A stretch of 63,533 bases of DNA, the filler included, from Octopus bimaculoides (Eukaryota), in assembly GCF_001194135.2 (NCBI RefSeq). It is 8 parts of 6 records of this genome, joined end to end, with 100 filler letters (N's around TTAATTAATTAA, not from the genome) between each part and the next. Parts side by side here need not be neighbours in the genome. Positions count along the whole stretch, not along the records: positions 1 to 24,291 come from NC_068981.1; 7 more parts are not named here. The stretch is one strand, 5' to 3'. This document shows, one piece after another, positions 1 to 11,927 of this stretch (positions within the stretch are counted from its first letter, which is position 1; each line of letters opens with the position of its first letter). The position numbers and the translations under genes are program-made. Under the pieces are notes generated by a model, which did not search any database, had not been told where the DNA came from, and saw only the letters and a program-made list of their open reading frames with translations.

Positions 1-77
1 TATGTATACATATAGATGTAGGTATATACATATGTATGGATATATGCATATATATATATATATATATATAAAACACT

Positions 78-460
78 CACTAGCAATGCATCCTGGCGTT
101 GCCAGGGTGTTACGACCTACACCCACATTGTATTATTTATTCCTTTCTTATGGGTAGAATCGACACAGCTGATATATAGTGAACTTGGATAACTGGCGTA
201 ACGGAAGTTATTGCTTGTTTAAAAGTGAAGGAGGAATCTACAATTTGCATGAGTTTGCATGAAAGCGCTTTCTGTTCTTAAGAAGGATCACAAACTATGT
301 ATTGTTTCATCGTATAATACGATTTAGCCCAGAAATCACGTTTGCGAAAGTTTAATTTCCCCCCGTCCACACTGCAATTTCTTAATTTGCAACTTGTTTT
401 CGAATTTATTATTTTTATCCACGTAGAATCTGGGAAATATATTTATTTTTAACGTTTAAT
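78..460 (+). mobile_element. Helitron/HINE-like non-autonomous element, 5' part
   Basis: Begins ACTAGCAATGCAT, followed by the subterminal hairpin CCTGGC-GTT-GCCAGG. This resembles HINE/DINE-type 5' ends. Boundaries are approximate. Confidence 0.4.
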
Positions 461-690
461 TTTTTTTAAGAAACACACAATTCACCCTTCCCTCACCTCA
501 CCCACCCACCACTTTCACAAAGTTAAAACCTCTCAATGTTTCACTTTCTTCTGATGCTTCACGCAAGCGTAGAATTGTACTGAAATAGCAGACGTAAAAA
601 ATGAAACATTGGGAGTTTGTAGCATTTTGAAAGTGGTGAGGTGATCGGTGGGTATTTGAGGAGATGTTAGTGTTTCTTTAAGAAAAAAGG
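459..690. mobile_element. MITE-like foldback with long imperfect arms
   Basis: The left arm (AAGAAACAC...ACCACTTTCACAAAGTTAAAACCTCTCAATGTTTCA) is the reverse complement of the right arm (TGAAACATTGGGAGTTTGTAGCATTTTGAAAGTGGT...GTGTTTCTT), with a ~55-bp spacer. Confidence 0.65.
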
Positions 691-1011
691 AAGAAAATTT
701 TTTAAGATTCGAACTCTCTGTTTATGACGAGCAAAGACTCAGAAACATGTTTCTGGATGCAGGCTAAGCTAAGTGGAGCTGCTTATCTCCCCCTTGTAAA
801 CATGAGAACACAGGAAATGTGTCAAGACCGACAGGAAGCGGTGCTGCTTCCTAGGGCTAAATAGCAGTTGTATTATTCCCTTCATAGGACTGTCACATTA
901 AGTTGACAGCATACAACTACTTTATCACACACACACATACCCTGAGCGTCCAATAATACTATCCATATCACGTCCTCACCTTGTTGTTTTTTTGTTATTG
1001 TGTTTTTGAAC

Positions 1012-1051
<40 letters not shown>

Positions 1052-1224
1052 TATATATATTTATATATGTATGCATGTGAGATAATAGTTTCGCTTTAAT
1101 AGTTTCAGTATTAATGGTGAAACTATTAAACTGAAAGTATCTCACATTACAATAGAGAGATGTTATTGTTTAACCTTTGACACGTAATACTGAAATAGTG
1201 TAAGAGATAAGAGATTGCGCCAGG

Positions 1225-1355
1225 CTCACATTTGGCAAGAAATTAAAATTTCTTTTGGTCCATGGCACTGCATGGATCCTAAGTAAGGCTGGGTAGTTCT
1301 CGAGTTTTAGGGATTCACACAGACAGACAGACACACACATTCTCAGTTTTATATA
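1225..1355 (+). mobile_element. HINE/Helitron-like 3' end
   Basis: (GACA)n/(CA)n tract followed by TTCTCAGTTTTATATA, as in HINE-type 3' termini. Confidence 0.35.
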
Positions 1356-1679
1356 ACGTGTCCTTACGACGAGCAAAGACTCAGAAACACGTCTCTGGAT
1401 GCAGGCTTAGCTAAGTGGAGGTGCTTGTCTCACTACTGCATAAATCTCTCTGAGAGATTTAGAAATGTATTTTCCCCTTCCATATTTTAAAGAGGTCTCA
1501 GGCCAGCAGTTTTTGGGGTCTGAAGATACGCTATAAGGCTAAGCTTTTTATGAGTGAGAAACCCAGGGTAACCCCATAAACCGGCCTACCCCACTATGAT
1601 ATTAACTGCTCTACATCTTAGAGTGTGCTTCTCCTCCGGATTTATGTATTTCCACAAATGATCCTCTCTCTATATATAT

Positions 1680-1830
1680 ATACACGATGGTCTTCTTTCA
1701 GTTTCTGTCTTACTAAAACCACGAAAGGTTTTGGTCCGCCCGAGGTTACAGTAGAAGACTCTTGTTCAAGGTGCCCTGCAATGGAACTGAATCCAAAACC
1801 ATATGGCTGGAAAGCATTTTGTACACTATA
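1680..1830 (-). mobile_element. SINE family 1, 5' half (decayed)
   Basis: Reverse complement matches the head of the copy at 26106 (TTCTTTCAGTTTC...CTATAGTAGAAGAC...ACTGAA). Confidence 0.75.
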
Positions 1831-2280
1831 ATTCGTGAAGAACCTCAAGACGGCACTGTGTCATGGTTTCCCCGCTTCTTTCTTATTTGAAATTTTATGT
1901 CGATAAACAATAAAACTATGATTCCTCTTCAACAAGGCACTTAAAATATAATCTAAAGCTGTTACCATCATTATCTTTGCCAAAAAGAAAGAAAGGAGAA
2001 AACGAGAGAACGAAAGAATTAATAGACAAAATTAATTGCTAGCAGGGGAAAATGTTTTTTAGAGAATCAAACATTGTGATAACTTCATTAAAACTTTTTT
2101 TTTTTTCGTAGAGAAAAATGGCGTGATCACTTTTGCTTAGAGCTAATTAATAATCTCAAGTAAAAACTTGAACGTCATAGTTTCCCGCTTCTTTCCTACT
2201 TGTAATTTTATGTCTGGGAAATTTTATTTTTAGTTCGTAAAATCATGGTGATTCAAAAAGTGATTCCAATAAAACATTTC

Positions 2281-3089
2281 GGATCTTTCTGATTTGGCGG
2301 ACATCACTTGTTTTCTTAACGAAACACTTTCAAACTTGGGACACTGGTAGAATGTGTCATATAAAACATCTTTTGCTCTTAGAGTTGTTGAGAAAAGTTT
2401 ATATTTTCAAAGTTATTTCGTGTTAAAATTGTTGTATTTCAGTGAAAACAATTACTGCTGTGGATTTTCAACACGACGTCGTGGCGGTGTAATCGGATCT
2501 TTTCCCTTAAATAAAATTAGTGCCGTTGTTTGTCAGCAACAACTATCGGCAGTACTGTTATTTATGACATCGTTCGTGCATTTGTACTGGTTTTAGCTTT
2601 AGGGTTTTAGGGTTAGGGTTCTGGTTTTAGAGTTAGGGTTAGGATTAGGGTTGTGAGTATTTTTGCCAAATTTCGTGAAAAATTTGAACAGATTTTCACC
2701 AAATTTGGCAAAAATACTGATAACCCCTAACCCTAAAACCCAAAAACTAAAACCAGTACAAACGCACGAACGATGTCATAAATAACAGTACCGCCGATAG
2801 TTGTTTTTGACAAACAACGGCACTATTTTTTTTATTCAAGGGAAAAGGTCCCATTACACCGCCACAACATGTTGTTAACAATCCACAGCAGTAATTGTTT
2901 TCACCTCAATAGACGTCAGTAATTGGTTGAAATTACCGAAATACGACAACTTTTAACGTGAAATAACTTCGAATATAAAATTTTTTTCTCTGTTCTATAA
3001 GACAAAATATACAAGTATACGAAGTTTTAAAGTGTCTCGGTAGAAAACACACTAAATAAAAAATAGTGTCCGCCAAATCAGAAAGAGCC
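2281..3089. mobile_element. ~810-bp palindromic (foldback) element with internal TTAGGG/CCCTAA repeats
   Basis: The arms are reverse complements along their length: the termini are GGATCTTTCTGATTTGGCGGACA / TGTCCGCCAAATCAGAAAGAGCC and the centre is AGTATTTTTGCCAAATTT / AAATTTGGCAAAAATACT. A second copy starts at 22273. Confidence 0.85.
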
Positions 3090-3639
3090 AACATTTCGTA
3101 ATTATAAGTAGTGCACACTACGAACAGCGAGGGAAAATATTAGATTTAGTTTGAATGGGCACATGTGAGAATTCTTCAACAGTCCATGACGGATATACTA
3201 AGCAATATAAGTCGCTGAATCTGACAAAGATCGAGCTAGTGTCGTAATTGTATGCTTTTGTAAGTATTTCGTTGGGATTTACAATAAAATGAGGAGCAGC
3301 AGGGCGTCCATGCGACATGCTAATAGAGTTGAAATGAAATTGAAACTAAAAGAAATTCGATTTTGCGAACGTCAAACAGGAAATGACCTTATGTCTGTAT
3401 AAAAAAAAATTATTATTCAACCAAGTTCTTAAAATACAGTCTAAAGTGCAACACCCTTTGTCAAAGGAAAAAAAGTAACAATTTTAGCTAGGAAAAATTT
3501 ATAAAATAGTAACAATTTTAGAAAACAAAAAAAATTACTAGAAACAAGTCACATTTTATTTAAATACTACGAAATGATAAAAGAAAACATTTTAAATCAG
3601 TTATTAACTGACTGTGGATGAATTCATCTTTTGTATGTT

Positions 3640-3785
3640 TCGGTTATTGGACTGCGGCCAATGGTTTTAGTCGAACAAATCGAACCCAATCTAGTGTACT
3701 TATTCCATCAGTCTTTATTGATGAACCGCCAGGTTACAGGAACGTAAACAAACCAACACCGGTTGTCAGTAACTGGGAACACAAT
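3640..3785 (-). mobile_element. SINE family 1, 3' half (decayed)
   Basis: GACTGCGGCCA...TTTAGTCGA...TACTTATTC...AACCGC..GTTAC..G.ACGTAAAC matches the reverse complement of the SINE1 3' half. Confidence 0.7.
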
Positions 3786-3828
3786 TATACAGCAGGCTTC
3801 TTTTACTTTGTCTACCAAAACCACTCAC

Positions 3829-3950
3829 CCAGACCTAGCACTAACATAGTTTTTTCTTCTCAACACGTCAACTCTGAAATTTATACATTTCCTAGTCGTT
3901 CGACTCGCAGGAACGTTAGCGGCATCAATCCTATCGGTCTCAGAAGTCTT
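3829..3950 (-). other. Candidate exon (5' boundary uncertain)
   Basis: Strong donor GG|GTGAGT at 3829/3828 in unique, moderately GC-rich sequence. A possible acceptor is CCCCAG at ~3971, or this is a first exon. No recognisable product. Confidence 0.3.
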
Positions 3951-4149
3951 GCGTAGACCTTTGACTCATAACCTGGGGTACGGACGTGTGAGATGACATT
4001 TCAGAGAACACGAGAAAGTATACTTTATTTAAAATTATTTTTGAAATAAAATCATCTTTCATAAATAACTTTAAAGTATATTAAGCACACCAAGAATATT
4101 ATCATTATACATATGTCGATTTAATCCCCGTGAGATTAACCAGGAACGT

Positions 4150-5363
4150 CCTCATTCTATTTGCAATGACACTCTTGTGTAAATTTGATTTGCGGCTCCC
4201 TTTCATCAATCAAAACAAAATCTAGAAATCATTGCTAAACCTGCGTATTCAGCAAGAAAGTTCCAAATTTTGATATGCCCATGAATGAGAGAAGCTGTAA
4301 CAAAAATGTCACTTAGAACATTTTTCAAATTGCTCAATTTACATTCACATTTTATGCACCAAGTTTTTCCAGTTCAGCATCTTTTCTGTTTGGTTGCCAG
4401 CGTAAATTTTCTATTCGAATCGATTTCAGATTCAGTGTAATGATACACTTTTATAAGCTAATTAATGACGTGAAAATAATTTTCGCTATAAGTCAATAAA
4501 GAGTTATTAGTAATTAAAGTTTGAAAATTTTGGTAATTTTAGCCAAACGTAAGCCACAGACACTTACATGTCTGTTCAATAGAACTCGTTTACCTGTTGC
4601 CGTTGTAAGTCTTTGAAAAGTATGCGAGGAAGCACAGTCAACCGAGGAAGGGTCCTACCTGAGCAGTGGATTTTTGGAGGAGTGTGTTGCGAGATCGGAC
4701 AGGTTTTTCTGTATGCATATTTAAATTGAAATTAAATATATTTAAATTGTTTGTTTCTTTTTGTCATTGAGCATTGAAGTGGTTGTGAGGTGTGCTAAAA
4801 ATAACAGCTAAATAACATTTTCTTTGATAAATTTTATTTGCCAACATCTCGCTCAGAGATTTAAAACTAACTGTTTTTCTCTTAAATTAATATAAATATT
4901 ATTTACATGAAAGAAAATTACCGGAGACAACACGTGTTGTTTACAAATATTAACAACACGTGCTATTTTCAGGTGTTGACAAAATGTGCAGTCACACACA
5001 AAATGACAGCTTCCAAATCCTGTTTACTGAGTGGGTGAAAATGATCAACTTTTTAAAAAATATTTTTCAGGAAAAAATTAAATAACTCCAGCAATTCAGT
5101 TTGGGCAAGTTTATTATTGTGCCAAATTTTAAAATTTTCGGTAAACTTCAATTTTTGGAGCCGCTGGCAACCAAACAGAAAAGACCCTCAGTTCATTTTG
5201 TTTACCCACATTTATTGCATGTGGTTCAATTAAAAGAAAATAGTTATTAGAAAATTTAGCTTTTCATCATTCAAATGCGACATTACGCTTTGATGTGGTA
5301 GGGTGCGAAAATTAAGCATTTCTTAAGGAATGCGGGACACAGAAAAAGTGCTTAGAAGTCACT
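4150..5363 (+). mobile_element. hAT (Buster/Charlie-like) remnant: transposase C-terminus and 3' end
   Basis: 4205-4315 translates to SIKTKSRNH...SKKVPNFDMPMNE, like Buster/Charlie C-termini. The element ends TTAGAAGTCACTG followed by CTCTAG, a Charlie-type TIR and target. It is interrupted by the 4377-5187 element. Confidence 0.6.
4377..5187. mobile_element. PIF/Harbinger-like MITE (811 bp)
   Basis: Perfect 23-bp inverted repeat TCTTTTCTGTTTGGTTGCCAGCG (4380-4402 / 5162-5184). The right terminus reads GGG on the reverse strand, and the 3-bp target duplication TCA is present on both sides (4374-4376, 5188-5190). Confidence 0.75.
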
Positions 5364-7329
5364 GCTCTAGGACAAAACAGCACACACATACAGGTAGTCG
5401 ATAAATTACATTTACAATATGAAAATTTCAGGGGGAAAAAAAAAATGAAAAATAAGAATAACTCAGCAAAAGTTTATTGGAAAATATAGGCGAAGTTTTA
5501 TTACAAACATTAGAACACTTCCAAGTGGTCTCCAAAAAAGTTCATTGATGAACTTCAACTTTAGTAAACACAATAAACTGTGGAAGTTATGTAGGCAGTG
5601 TGTGTGTGCTTATACAAAAAAAAAAAAAAAGTCGTGTCTGAAACGCCTTTGATTTTAGGGCTGCTCAAATTAAAGCCTGACCTACAGCTAAAAACTAACA
5701 ACGAAACAAGGACCGTGATGATTACAAGTTTGTAGAAATACATGCTAACATAACTTTTGAAGGTTAGCTTTGATAAATTATACACCATGTTTATCTAGGC
5801 TTAATCTATCTCATAACAAACCTGTCTCTCTCCACGAGACTTTAAAGAAATATCTATCAAACTCACATAAATTGTTTTAGTTTTATACATGCTTATTGTT
5901 TATTTTGCTGATGCTATATATCGCATTTATAAACTCTGGTCCACTTTGCACCGACCTGAACATCTTGACATTTACAGAAAGATTTTACATGAATAAACTG
6001 TCACTTTTAAATTATATAACTGTGAAGGTTCAGTAATTTCCATAGTGCAAATGCAAAGCGATAAATCAAAGAAGTCAGGTAATGGTTGCTTTGTCCGATG
6101 CCTAGCCGGGGTGGCATGTTTTAGTAATGTTATAAAAAGCTATGAAAACAAACACTTCCTTTTTGATTTCCCGCCGCCCTCTCAGCTTCACGTGAACCTT
6201 ACTTTGATCTTCAAACACACTATCTCGAACATCCATACTTACACACACACATACATACACTCTCTCTCTCTCTATTTATCTATCTAGCTGTTCTTTTCCA
6301 CCGCACACACACAGAGGCAGAAAGCTGTGAAAATAAAAGTGTAAAAAGAATAACGCGGCGTGTTTTTCGCTCTAAATAGGTAGGCAGTAGTTTAAGGGAG
6401 ACTTGTCGATTATTTCTAGCAAATTGAGAGACTGTCTCCCCGTCCAGTTGACTTGCAGCCTTTTGTTAAACAGACATCTTGAAAATACCCACCCCCACCA
6501 GAGTACTACATGAACACTGTCCTTCTTAGTCAAGACAAATACAAAAGTAACATACAAAAAACAGCAACAATATCAGTAAGTCGAAAAGGCTTCCTTATTA
6601 AATATAGTCGGAAATCATCTATTGCACCGAAAACTGTAATTTCTAGAGTTCGATATAAATTTAAGCATCGTAGGTTATGATTCCGGAAACAAAAATTGTA
6701 AGCCTACCCTTCTGTAAATTTTCAGTTTTTGAGAATGTAATATATTTAGGTTTGTGTTTTTATGCTCTGAATTCAAATAGCACTTCGAGTATTATTTTGA
6801 TTTATCATTACACTGAGATTGTTAATATAAATAAACTGGTAAATGAAATAAAGTCACTAAGGAGAGTTGCAAATGAACAGGCAGTTGAAAAAGTCTTCTG
6901 GTCATATACCATTAACTGTAAGATGTGTTTTAATCAAATGCACTTAATTCTGAAAAGTCCAGTTCATTCGCTGCACATAGGTTCCACAGGAAGCACACTT
7001 TATCATTTTATACTGGGGAAATATCCTATAATTTGATAAGTGTTTTGCTAACTCGAGGTATTAATTTCAAATCACCTCAAATGTGCATAGCTTGTAAGAG
7101 AATGGTTCATTTAAGTTTCCTTGTGCTTGACACACTACATGGAGTGACTCCATAGATTTAGAGAACACATATTTTTCCGCAACATACTATAACAAATTCA
7201 ATCAACCATACCCTTGTCTCTAACAGAAAAGAAGATTGTTTCACACCCACAAAAAAAAAAAAAAGACAAATCTTCATATGTATGAATTTATAAGTACAAG
7301 CTTGTAGAAATCATGCCCAAACTAACTTC

Positions 7330-7520
7330 ACCTGTGCTAGTGCCAAGTAAAAAGCACTAAGTCCACTCTGCAGAGTGGTTGGTGTTAGGAAGGGCATCCA
7401 GCCGTAATATCCCTGTCAAAACAGACACAGTGGCCTAGATTAGTTTTTCTACCTAGCCAGTTCCTGTCACCCGTCCTACTCATACATGCATGGAAGATAG
7501 ACGTTAAACGATGAAGATGA
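7330..7520 (+). mobile_element. RTE LINE 3' UTR fragment
   Basis: GAGTGGTTGGTGTTAGGAAGGGCATCCAGC...CATGCATGGAA...GACGTTAAACGATGA, the same as the other RTE tails in the window. Confidence 0.8.
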
Positions 7521-7762
7521 GTGCAGGACATAGTTCATGTCGCTTAAAATTTCAAACTCTTTTAACTGCACACAAAATGGTTGAGTTGATTTTCATTAAC
7601 TCTGGCTGACTCATACCATTTTTCCTTCCTTTTTCACAGTTCCCTGATTTTTTCTTTGAGCTCTCTTATTTACACGTTTCTCTCTTACTTTTCATTTCTC
7701 TCTCTTTCTTCAAAGTCCAGATGAATCTGTATTTCATCTTTTAACATATATCACTCTTCATC

Positions 7763-7815
<53 letters not shown>

Positions 7816-8376
7816 NNNNNNNNNNNNNNNNNNNNNNNNNNNNNNNNNNNNNNNNNNNNNNNNNNNNNNNNNNNNNNNNNNNNNNNNNNNNNNNNNNNNN
7901 NNNNNNNNNNNNNNNNNNNNNNNNNNNNNNNNNNNNNNNNNNNNNNNNNNNNNNNNNNNNNNNNNNNNNNNNNNNNNNNNNNNNNNNNNNNNNNNNNNNN
8001 NNNNNNNNNNNNNNNNNNNNNNNNNNNNNNNNNNNNNNNNNNNNNNNNNNNNNNNNNNNNNNNNNNNNNNNNNNNNNNNNNNNNNNNNNNNNNNNNNNNN
8101 NNNNNNNNNNNNNNNNNNNNNNNNNNNNNNNNNNNNNNNNNNNNNNNNNNNNNNNNNNNNNNNNNNNNNNNNNNNNNNNNNNNNNNNNNNNNNNNNNNNN
8201 NNNNNNNNNNNNNNNNNNNNNNNNNNNNNNNNNNNNNNNNNNNNNNNNNNNNNNNNNNNNNNNNNNNNNNNNNNNNNNNNNNNNNNNNNNNNNNNNNNNN
8301 NNNNNNNNNNNNNNNNNNNNNNNNNNNNNNNNNNNNNNNNNNNNNNNNNNNNNNNNNNNNNNNNNNNNNNNNNNNN

Positions 8377-8408
<32 letters not shown>

Positions 8409-8417
8409 GTGTGTGTA

Positions 8418-8640
8418 TATGTTTGTGTGTCTGTGTTTGTCCCCACCAACTTCGCTTGACAACCGTTGCTAGTGTGTTTACATTGCCGTAACTTAGTGGT
8501 TTGGCAAAAGAGACCAATAGAATAAGTACTAGGATTACAAAGAATAAGTCCTGGGGTCGATTTGCTTGACTAAAGGCGGTGCTCCAGCATGGCCACAGTC
8601 AAATGACTGAAACAAGTAAAAGAGTAAAGAGAGTAAAGAG
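8418..8640 (+). mobile_element. SINE family 1, 3' half
   Basis: Near-identical to 26340-26535 (GTAACTTAG...AGAATAAGTCCTGGGGTCGATTTGC...GCTCCAGCATGGCC...GAAACAAGTAAAAGAG). Confidence 0.9.
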
Positions 8641-9034
8641 TATATATATAATGTATATTTAATTGTAATTCGGCAAATCAAAAGTCAGGTGCAGGGTTTG
8701 TCCATAAGTAAATTCTCCTTCATTAAATTCAAGGTTAAGATAAGGAATATAATATGACCTTTAATATATTTTTTCCTGGAATGCTGCTCATAACTCAAAC
8801 AAATGTATGGATTGCTTCCTTTCTGTTCAAAGTGGGTCACACATTAAGTGAGGCAGTTACACAATTGAGACAAGTTTCATTAAATGAAATTCTACAACCT
8901 TGGGTGGTACAGTGGTGTGATTTTAAAACTTTTAGTGACATGGATTAACTATGCACTATACTTGTAAAAATATATAAACTAACTTAGAAACTTACTTGAT
9001 CCTGTGCATTCATATACACACATATGCCATGTAA

Positions 9035-9210
9035 AAAGCAACAAGTGTATTCTGTAAAGTGGTTGGTGTTAGGAAGGGCATCCAACCATTGAAACTCTGC
9101 CAAAGCAGACATTAGAGCTAGGTGGAGTTCTCTGTCACACTGGCTCCTGTCAACCGTCTAACCCATGCCAGTATGGAAAATGAACATTAAATGGGAATGA
9201 TGATGATTAT
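9035..9210 (+). mobile_element. RTE LINE 3' UTR fragment
   Basis: GTGGTTGGTGTTAGGAAGGGCATCC...AACCCATGCCAGTATGGAAAA, then a (GAT)n tail. Confidence 0.8.
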
Positions 9211-9964
9211 ATACATATGTACATATATACGTGCGAACATACATACATAAAACAGATGTGTGTGTGTGCATATTCAGACAATGAATTATTCTTAGATGCC
9301 ACCCATATATATATAAATCAATACGTAAGTTAGTAACAATAAACTTAATGCAAAGAACCCCAAAAGCTAACTGGAAATAATTAGGCAGTGACAATATTTT
9401 GATGGTTTAAGTAGCTAAGGGAGGTAACTCAGTACATGTTTTAGTATTTCTAGACCTGCTCAGCGAACCATAAACTTGACCATACTCCCTGAAACTAAAA
9501 ATAAAAAAAACCTTAGCTATAGAACTACTTCACTCATTCTATTATCTAGAATTTTTTTTTCTTTTAACGTTCTTGTTTAAAACAATATATGATACTTTGA
9601 AATATTAAATGATAAAGACAAATAACAACACCAAAATCCAATTTAAAAATAATTTTCATAAAATGAAATCTTTTGTCAAAGAATTAAAACTTTTTTTTCA
9701 CTAATGAAGAAAAAGCAAATATTTACTAAAAATATAGAAATACTAGTTATATCTATTCTCTATGACTAATATGTCAAACTTTGTTGCAGGTTACTATTTT
9801 CTTATATAAATTAAGAAGTGTAATAGAATGCAAATGCTGTATGCAATGAATCATCACAGTAGTGGAAGCAGAGAAAACATTCAATAAGTAGCAGATGTTC
9901 TAATTTAAAAGTAACCATTTAATAGGGTAGGTGGGTGGGTGGTTACTGAGATAAAAATGAAGAC

Positions 9965-10303
9965 TATTCTTTTATATGTTTCAGTCATTTGACTGCAGCC
10001 ATGCTGGAGCACCACCTTGAAAGGTTTTAGTTGAAGAAATCAACCCCAGGACTTTATTCTTTGTAAGCCTTAGTATTTATTCTATCAGTCTCTTTTGCCA
10101 AACCGCTGAGTTATGGGAGCATAAACACACTAACATCAGTTGCCAAGCGATGGTGGTAGGGGGACAAAGACAGACACATATATATGAGTGGTTCTGGGTT
10201 CAGTCCCACTGTGTGGCACCTTGGGCAAATGTCTTCTACTATAGCCTCAGGCCGACCAAAGCCTTATGAGTGGATTTGGTAGATGGAAACTGAAAGAAGC
10301 CTG

Positions 10304-10306
<3 letters not shown>
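9965..10306. mobile_element. SINE family 1 composite: minus-strand 3' half (9965-10178) abutting plus-strand 5' half (10187-10306)
   Basis: Both halves align to the full copy at 26106-26540, in opposite orientations. Confidence 0.85.
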
Positions 10307-10357
<51 letters not shown>

Positions 10358-10715
10358 GTNNNNNNNNNNNNNNNNNNNNNNNNNNNNNNNNNNNNNNNNN
10401 NNNNNNNNNNNNNNNNNNNNNNNNNNNNNNNNNNNNNNNNNNNNNNNNNNNNNNNNNNNNNNNNNNNNNNNNNNNNNNNNNNNNNNNNNNNNNNNNNNNN
10501 NNNNNNNNNNNNNNNNNNNNNNNNNNNNNNNNNNNNNNNNNNNNNNNNNNNNNNNNNNNNNNNNNNNNNNNNNNNNNNNNNNNNNNNNNNNNNNNNNNNN
10601 NNNNNNNNNNNNNNNNNNNNNNNNNNNNNNNNNNNNNNNNNNNNNNNNNNNNNNNNNNNNNNNNNNNNNNNNNNNNNNNNNNNNNNNNNNNNNNNNNNNN
10701 NNNNNNNNNNNNNNN

Positions 10716-10760
<45 letters not shown>

Positions 10761-11120
10761 GAACAATGATAAAAAGGATGTAATTAGTAATGCATTGTTC
10801 TAGTGAGGAAGAGATAGTTAAAGATTTTGGAACCTTGAGGGGAATGGATTTAAGCTGAGGAGATTTATAGGAAATCTGCAGACTTGAGATTATCTAGCTC
10901 AGAAATTAGTTGCACTACTACTACAATGACTGTACTGCTGCTGCTACTATTACAACTTCAATAAAAATCAACAACATTTTATGGGCATATTTTTCAGCTT
11001 CTAATCTGCTAAGCCATGAGGGATTGTATGTTATAGTAAGTACTCAGCCATTCATTATAAAACTTCAAGAACAGATTTGTTTCAAGGATAATATTTGTTA
11101 ATAAAAATAAACAATAATTG

Positions 11121-11927
11121 TATCAGGTTGAGTGAAAGGTAAGCAATGTTTTGAACCATGAAGAATTTGTACCAGATTTTTGCAGAGTTTTGAATTTTTA
11201 AAAACATTTTTTTGCAATTGTCTAATAAAACAGACATGGACTTGCCTAAATGCATCAATAAATTAACATTGATTTTTTTCACCGTTGTTACAATAATCTG
11301 AAATGGAACTGTGAAAGCGCGATATTTAAGCAATTTTGCTTTTCAACTTCAAAAAAGGCCATAAAGCAGCTGAAACTGCTCACCATATCAACAAAACGTT
11401 TGGTGAGGAAATGACCAGTGAATGGGCAGCTCAAAAATGGTTCAAATGATTTTGCAGTGGAGACCTGAGCCTTGAAGATCATGAGTGTAGTGGACGCCCA
11501 TCTGTCATTGATGACAATCAATTAAAGACCGTCATTGAGAAAGATCCACGTAAAATCACTTGAGAACTGGTAAAAGAACTTCGTTAGCCAGAAAACTGCC
11601 TGCAACCATTTGCATGCGATTGGAAAATCAAAAAAAGCTCGACAAAGGGTTACCACACGATTTGAATGAAAATTAGAAAATGCGCAGATATGAAATTTTC
11701 TTGTTACTTCTTCCCTGTAATCAGACCAATCCATTTCTCGACTGCATTGAACTTGTGATGAAAAGTGGTTGGACCAAAATGAAGCAACAAAAACCTTCCC
11801 TAAACCCAAGCTCTTCAAAAAGAAGGTTATGGTGACTGTTTGGTGGTGTACTGCTGGACTCATCCACTATAACTTCTTAAAACCCAGAAAAACCATTACT
11901 GCAGAAACATATTGCCATGAAATTGCC
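11121..11927 (+). mobile_element. Mariner (DD34D-type) transposon, decayed, running into a gap
   Basis: TIR-like TATCAGGTTGAGTGAAAGGTAA at 11121. From 11303 it translates through stops to FKKGHKAAETAHHINKTFGEE...WF...SGDLSLEDHECSGRPS (HTH) and PKPKLFKKKVMVTVWWCTAGLIHYNFLKPRKTITAETYC. Confidence 0.92.

Noticed and set aside
3618-3956. 112-aa plus-strand ORF
   Set aside because: The first half is the antisense of a SINE1 3' half; no protein resemblance.
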